64,000 nt of DNA from Eledone cirrhosa (GCA_964016885.1 OZ024740.1:382540001-382604000); one strand, 5' to 3'. Numbered from the stretch's first letter, positions 28,526-44,449 are shown. The notes: generated by a model not told the origin, from the sequence alone. Numbers and translations are program-made.

Positions 28526-28527
<2 letters not shown>
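27893..28527 (-). mobile_element. Terminally redundant non-coding HHR module (559-nt period)
   Basis: About 75-bp direct repeat at 27893-27968 and 28452-28527; (TA)n flanks. Confidence 0.75.
28086..28167 (-). ncRNA. Type I hammerhead ribozyme
   Basis: actcc CTGATGA c-gcaatg..cattgc-a GAAA ctaattag TT ggagt; palindromic stem III. Confidence 0.88.
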
Positions 28528-28564
<37 letters not shown>

Positions 28565-29046
28565 TCATATAACGAAGGAATTGTGGTAAGAAACCAGATG
28601 GACCATAACGCACCAGAGTACCCAATCTTAGGGTAGTAGGGTGGGTAATAGGAAAAAGTATGACACCGATGGCAGAGCTCAAGCCGTTTCGACAGCTATT
28701 TCTGGACAAATTAAAATTTTTAGCCTGGTAAATAAAAAGCTGAACTTGTCAAGGGGTACTTCCTTATATGGGAAGATTGTAATTGTTGAGAGGATTGGTC
28801 AAAATGTGTTGTAAACACAAATAAGTCTATCATGGCATTTGGTGTGAGGTAGGGGTGGCTTAACTTGCCTGTAAAACAATGAGGGAGTGAGTGGAGCCGG
28901 TCAAGCATTGAAAGTGAAATCTATACAGCAGATTCTAAGGAGAGTGTATGAAAAGTCGAAAAATTGTTCTGGAGAAAATGGAGGGGTAGGTTATAGAATA
29001 GGTAAGTCAAATGAGAGTAGCAGACAATAAAAAATAATAGAAAGAA

Positions 29047-29105
<59 letters not shown>

Positions 29106-29334
29106 GATACTGAGAAATGAATAAAAACAACAACAAAAACAGTAGCGTCTAGAAACAGCTGCTCTAATTAGTAGGTGCTGCTTGTATGGCAAAAACTGTA
29201 GAATAGGTTAATAAGTTGAGAATGGAAAATACTAAATAAGAAATTGTAGAAGTGGGTAGTGAAAAAATATAATGCAAACTTTTCAGGGGTCTAACACAGC
29301 TGCTATAAATAGTTAGTAAAGCGTAATCCGCCAA

Positions 29335-29935
29335 CTTCCCACTACAATACCGCTACCACAAGATAATCAACAAAAATACCATCAATCTCTCCTACAGGTC
29401 CACCCCTAACTTCGAACAAAACATCGTCTCCTCAAACAACAACTCAACCCCTATGGAAGAAACAACCTAGACATCAGTGGAGAGCCGACCAGGAGGTGTA
29501 ACTTCCCTGATAGATCTACGTGCCGCCTCAACAACAGATGCCGAGAACGTAACGTGATCTACCAGTGAAACGAGAGGACGGACACCTCCAACAAAGCTTA
29601 TATAGGATTAACCGCTTGTGACTTTAAGACCCGGCTCTACCAACACCGACATACTTTCCGAAACCCGGTCCGGCGACATGCTACTACACTTTCGGGCCAC
29701 ATCTGGGACCTCAAAGATAATAATATAACCTACAATCTCACTTGGAGCTTACTGTCCAAAGCTAACTCTTACACCGGAGGACGTTGTCCGTGTAACTTAT
29801 GCTCGGAGGAAACATTACAAATGTTGTTTTTGAAGGACCAACTCCTAAACAAGAAAGACAACTGGTAACCGCATGCAAACACAGATTACGTAGGACTTAC
29901 CTCACCCTCAAACCCCATAACGACCCGAGCGGGTA
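29335..29935 (+). pseudogene. PLE GIY-YIG endonuclease fragment
   Basis: Hand translation: CNFPDRSTCRLNNRCRERNVIYQ*..AYIGLTACDFKTRLYQH..HIWDLK..CNLCSEE. Confidence 0.85.
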
Positions 29936-30854
29936 GACAAAGACTGATACCCCTGACTTTCCGAATAAGTTAGGGGAAACCCCGGCTTACATAGGTAGAT
30001 GTACCTCTTTTCTTTTCCTCTATGTTTTCTTCTTCCCCCTATCTCATCCTATCACTTCCTTCCACCCCCGATCTTCTTCCTCGTCTGTTTTCCCCATTAC
30101 GCCTACCCGGATGCAGTCCATGGGACCTCTGTAGCCTCAGTAAACCTACCCCTGTCATTTTTAGATAGAATTGGCCGAATACGCTTTACTAACCATTTAT
30201 AGCAGATGTGTTAGAACCCTGTAATTTTATATCATTTTTCTACAATTTCAAAATTTCTTATATAGTATTTTCTATTCTCAACTTATTAACCTGTAATTGT
30301 AAGATAGCATTGGCGAATTACGCTTTACTAACTATTTATAGCAGCTGTGTTAGACCCCTGAAAATTTTGCATTATATTTTTTCACTACCCACTTCTACAA
30401 TTTCTTATTTAGTATTTTCTATTCTCAACTTATTAACCTTTTCTACAGCTTTGGCCGTACAAACACCACCTACTAATTAGAGCAGCTGTTTCTAGACACT
30501 ACTGTTTTTGTTTATTCATTTCTCAATATCTAATTATATATATATAATTTTTTTTTTTAAATATTTCTTTCTATTATTTTTTATTGTCTGCTACTCTCAT
30601 TTGACTTACCTATTCTATAACCTCCCCCCTCCATTTTCTCCAGAACAATTTTTCGACTTTTCATACACTCTCCTTAGAATCTGCTGTATAGATTTCACTT
30701 TCAATGCTTGACCGGCTCCACTCACTCCCTCATTGTTTTACAGGCAAGTTAAGCCACCCCTACCTCACACCAAATGCCATGATAGACTTATTTGTGTTTA
30801 CAACAAATTTTGACCAATCCTCTCAACAACTACAATCTTCCCATATAAGGAAGT

Positions 30855-30950
30855 ACCCCTTGACAAGTTCAGCTTTTTATTTACCAAGCTAAAAATTCTA
30901 ATTTAGTTCAGAAATAGCCGTCGAAACGGTTTGAGCTGTGCCGTCGGGGT
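30855..30950 (+). ncRNA. Type I HHR, U3-A8 core, long stem II
   Basis: acccc TTGACAA g..agccgtc GAAA cggtttgagctgtgccg TC ggggt; inverted copy at 28663-28757. Confidence 0.75.
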
Positions 30951-30962
30951 CATACTATATCC

Positions 30963-30997
<35 letters not shown>

Positions 30998-31049
30998 GTA
31001 TATATATATAATATATAACAACAAAAGATGGTTAAAAGAGTTCCATGTA

Positions 31050-31116
31050 TTTTATTATGCACATTTCAAAAACAAATATCATCATGCAATAATATTTGTG
31101 TTTTCATCAGATAAAA
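31050..31116 (-). ncRNA. Type I HHR
   Basis: ttttat CTGATGA aaacacaaatat..atatttgttttt GAAA tgtgca TA ataaaa. Confidence 0.8.
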
Positions 31117-31942
31117 CAGGAGGACATGATATGAAGGTTAAAAACACTTTTGGATAGTTCAGGTTTAAATCAACATATGAGAAGTGGTTTTAGATTGATG
31201 TGTGATATTGGGAAAAAATATTTTATTTAGAGGGGGGGTGGCAAGGATGAAAGAAAGGAGGAGATGAGAGGGAGGTGGAGAGGGAGGAGTATAATGAGGA
31301 AGGATGAGATAGGAGGAGAGATGGGTGATAGTGAGAGATAGCTTTTATAACTGAGAAAGATATATTGTTTTACATAGAGAGGTTGAAAACCGTTGGAAGA
31401 TAATGTATAAATTAAAAGAATTTGAAAATTAACGAAGAGAAAAATAATGTAAAGTTAAGGTTTGTATATTGAGGGGTTTGATAATATGTGCGAAGAAAAA
31501 GAAAGAGTTAATTTGTATTGAGAATAATGAGTTAGATGAAGGGGAGAATGAATAATGAATTGAGGATGAATAATCTAACGTCAAAAAAATGTATATGTTT
31601 ACGAAGGGTTTTTACAAGGTGATATAGAGTAAGAATGTGTTGTGTTATGTAATAATTGATTCTATGTTAGGCAAGAGTGAGAAAAGGTACAGATTATGGG
31701 TTAGATATTAGAAGAAGAAGAGAAGAAAGGGAAGTGATAAATAGGGGTGATGTAGAAAGAGTAGACAAGTATTATAGAATTTGAAAATTAACGAAGAGAA
31801 AAATAATGTAAAGTTAAGGTTTGTATATTGAGGGGTTTGATAATATGTGCGAAGAAAAAATGAGTTAGATGAAAGGGAGAAGAGAATAGTGAATTGAGGA
31901 TGAATAATCTAACGTCAAAAAAAATGTATATATTGCTCTTCT

Positions 31943-33640
31943 TTGAACCTAAATTTATGGTTTGGTACTTCTGAAGTGATTAGCTGGTTCAACAAATTGA
32001 ATAATAAAAACAAACTAAAATGTGTTCAATTTGATATTGCCAGCTACTATTCCTCCATTTCGCCTTCACTTCTCAATAATGCTCTATCTTTCGCACTTAA
32101 ATATTCTGACATCACCACAGATGAACTTCACATCATTCTCACCGCACGTAAAACCATCCTAGAGTTCAACAACGAATATTGGACCAGAGCCGATACCTCT
32201 AACAACTTCGACATCACAATGGGAGCATCCGATTCATCCCAATTGACTGATTTAATTGGTATCTTTATTTTGAACTCTTTAAGTCGGAAAATTCCTCAAC
32301 TTCGCGGTGGAATTTATCGTGACGATGGACTTTTTACTATCTTAAGTTGCAACATAGTTAACCTTAATATTATTAAGAACAATATACGTAATCTCTTTAA
32401 CCAACATAACCTGAAAATTGAATTTGATAACAGTATCAAACTAGCTAATTTCTTGGATGTATCTCTTAATCTTGATACTGGCCTATATTACCCTTACCAT
32501 AAAAACAATGAGAACCTAAATTATGTTAACTTTAAATCTAACCATCCTACTAATATCAAGAATGCTATAGTTAGTAATATTGGAAAAAGAATATCTAACC
32601 TATCTTCTAATAAAAAACATCTTTGATGCTAACGCCAATTACTATAATAACGCGCTTTCTAAAGCCGGCTATCCTGATAAAATCAAATATAGTAAAGAAA
32701 CAAATTCTAGAAGAAATTACAGTAGAATAATTAATCATGATCATTCCAATAACTTTAATAAAAGACCTAGATACAAAAACATAATCTGGTATAATGCTCC
32801 TTTCTCCATCTCTATTAATAACAATATTCCTAAATTATTCTTTAGTGCCTTAAATAAATGCTTCCCTCCCTCACATATCTATAGTAAAATATTTAACAAA
32901 CACACTATAAAATTTTCTTATTCTACATCCTCCAACATTTCCAACATTATCTCTAAACACAACAATAAAATACTAAATACTAATCTCTTACTTCCAACAC
33001 TGAATTTCATAATAATAGTACTCCCGACATGATTGTAAACCCTAGGCTAATTTCTACAAACCCAAATACAGCGTCAAACTCAACTTCGCTAAATGTTCAT
33101 AATCCCATTCTAAATCAAGAAACTATTATTCCTATCGCAAACAACTTCTCCAATCCAATTCCTTCTATAGATAACACTACGTCACTCATTAATAATCTCT
33201 CTAATTGCAATTGCAATTGCCCTATTAAAAATAAATGTCATCTCAACAACCATTGTCTTGATAAAAACTTAATTTACGAATGTAAAGTTATAACTGACAC
33301 CAATTCCTTCACCTATTTTGGCTCCACTTCCTCCTCTTTTAAAGCTCGTCTTTATAACCATCATTCGTCTTTTAAATACAAACTTAAAAGAACCAACACG
33401 GCTCTCTCAGAACTCATATGGTCCTTGAAAGACACAAATATTAAATATAACATCTTTTGGAAGAAGGTTTCTTCTGCGTCTCTATACTTGAACAGTTCTC
33501 TATCCAAAATCTGCAATCTCTGTCTAAATGAAGAATTTACCATTATCTCTAATCTAGATTCTATAATAAATAGACGCACTGACTTGTTTTCTATCTGCTT
33601 ACATAAATTCCATATAACATTTCACAAAGTATACAGCTAA
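31943..33640 (+). pseudogene. PLE RT plus GIY-YIG, two frameshifts
   Basis: FDIASYYSSI, MGASDS, YRDDGL, FLDV, YHK..SNHP, IIWYNAPFS, CNCPIKNKCHLNNHCL, LIYEC..YFGSTSSSFKARLYNH, CNLCLNE. Confidence 0.92.
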
Positions 33641-34751
33641 TATTCAATTTTTTATCAATTTAGAATCTTTTTCTCAAAGGCACATATATATATACACTTC
33701 TTTTAAAAATATACCCATCTTTCTACCTTATTTCAAAGGTCATTATACATTCTATAATACTTGTCTACTCTTTCTACATCACCCTTATTTATCACTTCCC
33801 TTTCCTCTCTTCTTCTTCTAATGTCTAACCCCTAATCTGTACCTTTTCTCACTCCTGCCTAACATAGAATCAATTATTACATAATACAACACATTCTTAC
33901 TCTATATCACCTTGTAAAAATCCTTCGTAAACGTATACATTTTTTTTACGTTAGATTATTCATCCTCAATTCACTATTTCTTCTCCCTTTCATCTAACTC
34001 ATTTTTTCTTCGCACATATTATCAAACCCCTCAATATACAAACCTTAACTTTACATTATTTTTCTCTTCGTTAATTTTCAAATTCTATAATACTTGTCTA
34101 CTCTTTCTACATCACCCCTATTTATCACTTCCCTTTCTTCTCTTCTTCTTCTAATATCTAACTCATAATCTGTACCTTTTCTCACTCTTGCCTAACATAG
34201 AATCAATTATTACATAACACAACACATTCTTACTCTATATCACCTTGTAAAAACCCTTCGTAAACATATACATTTTTTTTTACGTTAGATTATTCATCCT
34301 CAATTCATTATTCTTTCCTCCCCTTCATCTAACTCATTATTCTCAATACATATTAACTCTTTCTTTTTCTTCGCACATATTATCAAACTCCTCAATATAC
34401 AAACATTAAATTTACATTAATATTCTCTTCGTTAATTTTCAAATTCTTTTAATTTATTCATTATCTTCCAACGGTTTTCAACCTCTCTATGTAAAACAAT
34501 ATATCTTTCTCAGTTATAAAAGCTATCTCTCTCTATCACCCATCTCTCCTCCTATCTCATCCTTCCTCATTATACTCCTCCCTCTCCACCTTCCCTCTCA
34601 TCTCCTCCTTTCTTTCATCCTTGCAACCCCCCCTCTCTAAATAAAATATTTTTTCCCAATATCACACATCAATCTAAATCCACTTCTCATATGTTGATTT
34701 AAAACTGAACTATCCACAAGTGTTTTTTAACCTTCATATAATGTCCTCCTG

Positions 34752-34818
34752 TTTTATCTGATGAAAACACAAATATTATTGCATGATGATATTTGTTTTT
34801 GAAATGCGCATAATACAA
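34752..34818 (+). ncRNA. Type I HHR in PLE pLTR
   Basis: ttttat CTGATGA ..stem II.. GAAA tgcgca TA atacaa; palindromic stem III ATGCGCAT. Confidence 0.8.
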
Positions 34819-34946
34819 TACATGGAACTCTTTTAACCATCTTTTGTTCTTATATATTATGTATACTCCAGTTCTACAAACTGTAGAGTGCTTCTTATCC
34901 GATATCTGCATTGCTTTATTGTACTACAATAAAACTCACCTCCTAC

Positions 34947-34992
<46 letters not shown>

Positions 34993-35067
34993 TATATAAT
35001 CAAGGTTTAGCAAATAAGAAAAAGTTTCAAAATAAATTTCTAAAAATTCACTGTACTTACTATGGTT

Positions 35068-35154
35068 ACCTTTACCGAATCTGTTTCGAGTCTCAAAAAT
35101 AAATGGAAAGTCCTTGCGGGCTTCCATTGAAAAGATAAACTCTCCTCCGAAGGT
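35068..35154 (-). ncRNA. Type I HHR, U4G core variant, inside a terminally redundant 486-nt unit (34992-35514)
   Basis: acctt CGGAGGA gagttt..agactc GAAA cagattcgg TA aaggt. Confidence 0.7.
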
Positions 35155-35723
35155 TCTTTTCACTCGGAAAATATAAAATTCCCGAGTTCAAATTACGATC
35201 TGGCGCTATTCGAAATTATTCCCGAGATGAGAATGAATGATGTGGAAGCAATTCTGTCCAGTGCCGTATGTAAAGATATAAGCAGAGGCAGGGAGGTCAG
35301 TCTACTACCACTATAAATAGGATTAGTCAAAATGAGCAGATTTCATCTCGATCAGGGCGAGATTAATAATAATAAAGTATATATCCCTACACGAAAAAAA
35401 TGAATGGGAACACATGTATTATCCAAGCATATGCCAATGTGGTTCAATGGCAGGTTAATAAATTAACGAGCCAGAACATATATAATCAAGGTTTAGCAAA
35501 TAAGAAAAAGTTTCATATATATATATTTATAAGAAAGTAAGTCTATAGCATCATTAGATAAAATATATACAGTATTTCTTCTCCCAATCAGCATAATCAA
35601 CCATACAAAAAATCATTTCAATGAGCTTTCTGACTTAACCATTAACCACGTGACATTTCTTAGCCATTTTGAATTCGTTTCTGGCGGGGTTCATTTAAGA
35701 AAAACTTTGTGCAATTGAGTTTG

Positions 35724-35803
35724 TCTCCTGATGATTTCGAAACTCGTTGATTTATCCAAGATCGGATATTTCCAAAAAGCGAATAAACCCCTGGGGGTAG
35801 AGA
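35724..35803 (+). ncRNA. Degenerate type I HHR in a module with inverted ends (35527-35612 / 36020-36108)
   Basis: tctc CTGATGA tttcg..cgaa TAAA cccctggggg TA gaga (G12 lost). Confidence 0.6.
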
Positions 35804-36175
35804 TATATTTGATGTTTTGCTATGTTTATGTACACTTTTTCTTCTAACTTTGATTTTGTACCTAATTATGTATGGTTAACTGTATGTCTAGTCAATTTCT
35901 ACAGGCTATCAGATATACTAGGTAAATTGTCTGTGGCTGTGACTCTCGGATAAAAAGCTATCATTTATTTATCTATAATTTCTTCGTAGGAATATTTTAA
36001 ACTTGTAGCCTCGTTTAAGTGATTTTTGTATGGTTGATTATGCTGATTGGGAGAAGAAATACTGTATATATTTTATCTAATGATTCTATGGACTTACTTT
36101 CTTATAAATTGCTCTGATTGTTGATTATTTAATTAATTAATTCGTCATTGAGGTACACCCTGAATGGTTGCTAAA

Positions 36176-36229
<54 letters not shown>

Positions 36230-36356
36230 CTATCTAGTTTACGTGTATGTAAACTTCTAAATTTTATATATATATAAATAACCGTAGTGGTAGAGCACTC
36301 AGTACATGGGACGAGTTAGGTTGAAGTGGTTACACAACAGTTAATTCACCATAACG

Positions 36357-36390
36357 AGAACAATTATTTCACGTTAGCGGATCCTCAGCT
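36357..36390 (-). ncRNA. Minimal HHR truncated in stem I by a fold-back
   Basis: ag CTGAGGA tccgctaacgt GAAA taattg TT ct; inverted repeat 36323-36343 / 36390-36410. Confidence 0.55.
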
Positions 36391-36432
36391 AACTGTTGTG
36401 TAACCACTTCTATCTATCTCTCTCTATATATA

Positions 36433-36537
<105 letters not shown>

Positions 36538-36538
36538 T

Positions 36539-36570
<32 letters not shown>

Positions 36571-36645
36571 CATATATATATTTATATATATATATATAAA
36601 TATATATAGATACATATATATACATATATGAATGCATATATCCAT

Positions 36646-36726
<81 letters not shown>

Positions 36727-36780
36727 CGGCGATGAATTAGTTTGGCGAGTTTTTTATATGAAATCGTGTGTCGAAACAGA

Positions 36781-38060
<1,280 letters not shown>

Positions 38061-38247
38061 CGAAGGAAAAATGGTAAGGAACCAGGTGGACCATAACGCA
38101 CCAAAGTACTCAATACTTAGGGTAGTAGAGTGGGTAATAGGAACAAGTAAGACCCCGACGGCTGAGCTCAAGCCGTTTCGACGGCTAATTCAGTCCAGAA
38201 TTAACCGTCGAAACGGCTTGAGCTCAGCCGTCGGGGTCTTACTTGTT

Positions 38248-38306
<59 letters not shown>

Positions 38307-38403
38307 ATATATATATATATATATATATGGATATATATATGTATATATATATATGTGTGTATATATATATACATATATATATAATATCAGTGTTTGACGG
38401 GCA

Positions 38404-38525
38404 TCCACTGATTATTTATAAGTGCCCACCTGCATGTGTTCTTACAGAAAAATATGTAGGCTTCTACATAACCCGGACACATTCTCCCAACTTGTAGCAA
38501 ACTTATAATGAAACAATTGTTTGGA
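38404..38525 (+). ncRNA. Type I HHR with long stem II, G8U (probably inactive)
   Basis: tcca CTGATTA t-ttataag..cttataa-t GAAA caattg TT tgga. Confidence 0.65.
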
Positions 38526-38708
38526 AAGAGAGATATATTTTAATTTTAATTATATCTCATATAAAATAATACAACTTGCTTTCCACAAAATACATCTAGT
38601 TAGCACCCCAAACATAAAACTGGGATTATACTAAGGTATATCCTAATGTTTGTTGAGTGAGATGGTAGCCGGACCGAGTATAGCTTAAGGCTTTCTCTGT
38701 TAATGTAT

Positions 38709-38789
<81 letters not shown>

Positions 38790-38793
38790 ATAC

Positions 38794-38871
<78 letters not shown>

Positions 38872-39126
38872 TCTGGTTGTTTATTTGTAATGATTATATT
38901 TAAACAGGCGGAAAGTAAATGGAAATAAAAATATAATAAGGGTGTTTCAACATTTTCTATGTACACTTGTAAAACAAAATAGTTGGTCCTTCACAATTAG
39001 AAAACTAACCGAGTTAAAAATCGTGCAATGGTTCAGAAGCACACCCCAAGAAAGAGGGTGCTATACGTTAGTTTACTTCGAACATTTACAATTCACACAC
39101 ACATACACATATATATATATCTATTA

Positions 39127-39198
<72 letters not shown>

Positions 39199-39259
39199 GT
39201 GTGTGTGTGAGTGTGTGTGCGTATGTATGTATATATCTTTGTATGTGTGTATATGTATG

Positions 39260-39294
<35 letters not shown>

Positions 39295-39711
39295 CATATA
39301 TAACCACACACATTCCATTCTTTATTTCCTTTTATCCTACTTTTCTTCTCAAGTTACTACTTTGTTTTCACAATTCATTAAATTGGCCACGTTCTAGTAT
39401 TTTCGTTTCTGTTTATTTGAAGCCTTTGGGAAAACATTTAATTTTATATTCTCATGGTAAACGGATCGATTCTTATTCCGTGATTCCATTAAATTCTGTC
39501 TCGATTTATCTTGATATCATTGTCTTTTTTATTCGCTTAACATGTGTTAAAAGAACGTACGCAGAAAAGAAGAGAAACACACTGACAACCATAAGCACAC
39601 ACATACACACATATAAACATATATATGTATGTATATATTTATGTATATATTTATATATATGTATGTATATATGTATGTATATAAATGTTGTTTTTTTTTT
39701 TTTTTTTTTAA

Positions 39712-39776
<65 letters not shown>

Positions 39777-39889
39777 TATTTATTTTTTTTCTTGTGCAAT
39801 GGCCATACTCGATAACGAGGGGGCAGCCATCATATAAATATGTATGTATATATATATATGTATGTATGTATATATGTATGTGTATATAA

Positions 39890-40125
39890 AAGCTTCACGG
39901 CACAGGCATTGCTTTATATCTGGAGATCTCTCTGCACTTGTCGCCACATGGTACCATGAGCCCAGCATTATGTGTCAATAATTGTCACAAGTGTAGTGTT
40001 TGTACCAGAGTTTTCAAGTCGCTGGCTGGACTAAAATGTCACACTCGTTCAGCGCATCGGTAGGGATTCTCCTACATGGATATAAAGTAGTGGCTGCACT
40101 CGAAAACGAGTTGGTAGTCACCATG
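39890..40125 (+). mobile_element. 3' end of an RTE-like LINE
   Basis: CSVCTRVFKSLAGLKCHTRSAHR* C2H2 terminus, short hairpin-bearing 3'UTR, (ATGT)n tail; related tails at 39793-39833(+) and 18948-18992(-). Confidence 0.6.
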
Positions 40126-40181
40126 TATATATGTATGTATGTATATATTTATATATTTCTATATTTATATATATATATATA

Positions 40182-41247
<1,066 letters not shown>

Positions 41248-41440
41248 TGTGTGTGTGTGTGTGCGTGCGTGTGTGTGTATTGTCAATTTTGAATTTGTGA
41301 GCTGTGTCCCTTTTCGCGTCGATTTCTCGCGTGAAGACTTAATACCGCAATCACACATGCTTACTGTATGTAGAATTCTGAATATCGTTCTATGCTACAT
41401 GATCACCAGCCCACCGTGCATATGTGGACCCCGCCATATA

Positions 41441-41512
<72 letters not shown>

Positions 41513-41812
41513 ATGTATGTATATATATACATAATCACTTTATACTTCAAAGTACACATTAACCTCATAATTAATAGAAGGCGCGTTTCAATGACTAGAT
41601 TTATTCATCGGAGCGGTTTTTAATTATGAAAGGATGTTTGGTTTCTCGTTTTGAACAAACTTTAGGGATAGGAGGTAAAGTCAATTATGAAAGGGTACTT
41701 AATATTATGAAGAAGTAACTTAAATAAACTTATAATTAAGGAGCGCTGGTAACTTAATAATAATATTAAAATCAAAAATTTAAAGAAAAACGGAATCTTA
41801 ATAGCTTGAGGT

Positions 41813-41911
41813 CTTCTTCTTCTTCTTCTTCTTCTTCTTCTTCTTCTTCTTCTTCTTCTTCTTCTTCTTCTTCTTCTTCTTCTTCTTCTTCTTCTTCTTC
41901 TTCTTCTTCTT
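41813..41911. repeat. (TTC)n microsatellite, probable RTE tail
   Basis: About 33 perfect units abutting the 3' end of a minus-strand RTE. Confidence 0.95.
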
Positions 41912-42495
41912 CAAACTCTCCCTCCACTTCATTATGTCCGAAGCAACAGTCTCCAACTATTCCGGCTGTATCCCCAAGAGTAACCAGCCAAGTTCATCCA
42001 ACCATCTTAATTGACGTCTACACCTGGGTCTCCTGGTGGTTAGTTTTGCCCGTAAAATCTGTCCTGCGATTCATTACTGAGACATTCTAACCATATGCAC
42101 ATAGCATCTGAGCTGTGATCTGTCAATTCGGAGATGTAGAGGATCTGCCTGGAGTTAAAGTCTCACCTCATAGCTAGGCATACAATTGAGTTACGTTATT
42201 CCTAAGACCATTCGGAGGAACACATTTCGAATACTTGTATCCGTGATCGAATTTCTTCTACCATTACCCAGGATTCATGATCATGAGTAAGGGCTGGCAC
42301 GAATACCGAATTGAAGATAACGAATTATCTTTTACACCTACCTCGCTTCTTACTGAATGATGAACCTGACACATTACTGCAACAACTACTGCAATTCCTG
42401 CACATAATTCAGCCTCCTGCTTTCCACACCTCCGGATTTGGCTCCAAGATACTTGAACTACTCTTCTTGCTCCAGTGGAAATCCATTTACATGTA
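41912..42495 (-). mobile_element. RTE-clade LINE 3' fragment
   Basis: Hand translation: EQEE*FKYLG..SVFVPALTHDHESWVMVEEIRSRIQVFEM. Confidence 0.75.
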
Positions 42496-42519
42496 GCATG
42501 CGGTGCACGTGCGTCATTG

Positions 42520-43432
42520 AGAATACAAGTGTCCTCTTGGTTCAGTCAAGAGATCAATAATACCATCCGAGCAAAGAAGGAGGCTTACAAAACTTGGCTT
42601 GTAAAAAGCCCTCCTTCTTGTATTTGCCGTACAAGCAGGCGCGATCAATCGCAGCAGAGACAGTAAAGGCGTCCAAAGTTAAGACATGGGAGGATTTGTG
42701 GTTAAGCTTAAATCTGTCTTCAGATCAGCAAATAAATTATTCTGGCAGACTATCCGCTGACTTGGTAATAATTTGAAATAAAAAAGGACAAAGATGAATA
42801 ATTGTTTTTCTTATTCTACAAGAGAGGGGTAGAGCTGTCAACTGATCACCAAATAGTTATCTGCAGTTGAGATTGCCTAAAGCGAAAGAGGCCCTCAAAA
42901 CTTGCAGGTCCAACTGTTAAATATTGCTTCAATTGTTAAATATTGCGGGCGAAAGATGTTTTGCATAGCACCGGTTGAAAGTAAGACCATTCGATTCAAT
43001 CAAGACGTCAATGATGCAATCCGAGCAAAGAAGGAGGTCTACAAATCTTGGTTTAGAATTAAATTCAAGCAAGCACGAGGAATTTCAGCAGAGACAGCAA
43101 AGGCATGCAAAGTTAAGACTTGTTATGACTTTGAGTTTCAGCTGGAATCCAACTTCGGATCAGCCAAAAAAGTGTTCTGGCAGACCATCCACCGACTTCG
43201 TAATATAAGGTCTTCCCGCACACATTCTATCAGGAATATGTCAGATATACTCCTCTCTTCAGAGAGTTGTATCCTTTTAAGCTGGATAGAATACGTTGCT
43301 AACCTCCTAAACCCAATGATAACAGCAACTTCTGATGTACATGAGCTGAATTTGGGAGCCAAGAGCTCTAATTTAAATAGCTCAACTGTGGCGAGGCTGA
43401 TCCGGCAGATAAAATCAAGCACGAGATATTGA
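42520..43432 (+). mobile_element. Two RTE EN-RT linker fragments
   Basis: WFSQEINNTIRAKKEAYKTWL and NQDVNDAIRAKKEVYKSWF..FWQTIHRLR..WIEYVANLLNP. Confidence 0.75.
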
Positions 43433-44449
43433 GTGTTATGGAGTATTATGGAATAATTCCCGTAAGTTTATGATTTTTTACATATCTAAAACAATAAGTT
43501 TTTGATTTTTTACATATTCAAAACAATTGTGGTAGAATAATTCTTATTACAAATGGGACATAAGGCACCAGTCTTAACTCTCAGGAAGTGACAACACATA
43601 ACACTCTGGCATAAGGCACAACTATTTAATTTTGTATCAGAAATGTTAGTCAAAAAAGAAAATGGTTACAAATGGTCACAAACGGAAGAAAACAACAGCG
43701 AAATAATTTCACCACCAACACCACCAGCACCGCCGTCCCCACCACCGCCGCCACCACTAGCACAAAATTTAGCTAGAGACAAACCAACAGCAGCAACAAA
43801 ACCCTCACTTCTGTACTACTACCCTATCAGCACCGTCACCACTCGATCATTGCTACCACCACTATTCCCCCAATACCTCCTGAAGAGGGAAGGTAGTAGT
43901 ACACACGACTAGAAAGGAGATAACTACCAAAATATATAAAGAGACTGATTTAGTGATCCGGTGAAACATAGCCAACAACAACACCATAATAATAATAATT
44001 ATTGTCGTTGTATCTCTAAACTCTCTCAAATAATAATAATAATTGTTTCTACTTTAGGTACAAAGCCTGCAAACCACCAGTACATTACTGGTACTTTATT
44101 TTATCGACCCCGTAAGGATGAAAGGCAAAGTTAACCTCGGCGGGATTTGAACTCAGACTGTAAAGGGACGTAACTATGCTAGAAAGCATGGCGTCCAACC
44201 CTCTACCGATACTGCCAATTCACCGCCAATTAATAATAATAATGATAAGCAACAAGTCGAAAACTTACAGAACAGAACACATACAAAAACAAACGCAACA
44301 TCAAAAGAAAAACAAATTTCAAAAGTTTGGAATGCAACACCGCCTCCCCCTCCTCCCTCTTTGCTATGATAACATTCAAACATTACAATGAAACTTATGT
44401 TTATTTTTTTATGTTTTTATTTATTTATGTGTTTATTTATTTATCTTCG

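Larger units (their letters stand above)
28570..30963 (+). mobile_element. 5'-truncated PLE (Hydra-like) with long inverted pLTR
   Basis: 28655-29335 is the inverse of 30310-30960; GIY-YIG fragment between the arms. Confidence 0.85.
31010..34950 (+). mobile_element. 5'-truncated PLE (Hydra-like) with about 0.9-kb inverted pLTR
   Basis: 31010-31930 is the inverse of about 33930-34860; internal duplication in the 3' UTR. Confidence 0.9.

Noticed and set aside
29566-29568. In-frame TGA at a position that is Cys in the two related GIY-YIG domains (selenocysteine as in some Naiad PLEs?)
   Set aside because: Single instance in a copy with other lesions; no SECIS recognised; a TGY>TGA mutation is simpler
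35717-35745. Apparent tiny type III HHR (gagtt..CTGATGA tttc GAAA ctc)
   Set aside because: No room for stems I or II; the type I fold ending at 35803 explains the sequence better
38930-39000. Minus-strand TGAAGGA..GAAA
   Set aside because: Core and stems III/I do not fit
41575-41615. Minus-strand CCGATGA..GAAAcgcg
   Set aside because: No UH site and no stem I
43643-43912. Pro-rich 89-aa ORF
   Set aside because: Low-complexity (CCA)n-derived; no domain or splice support
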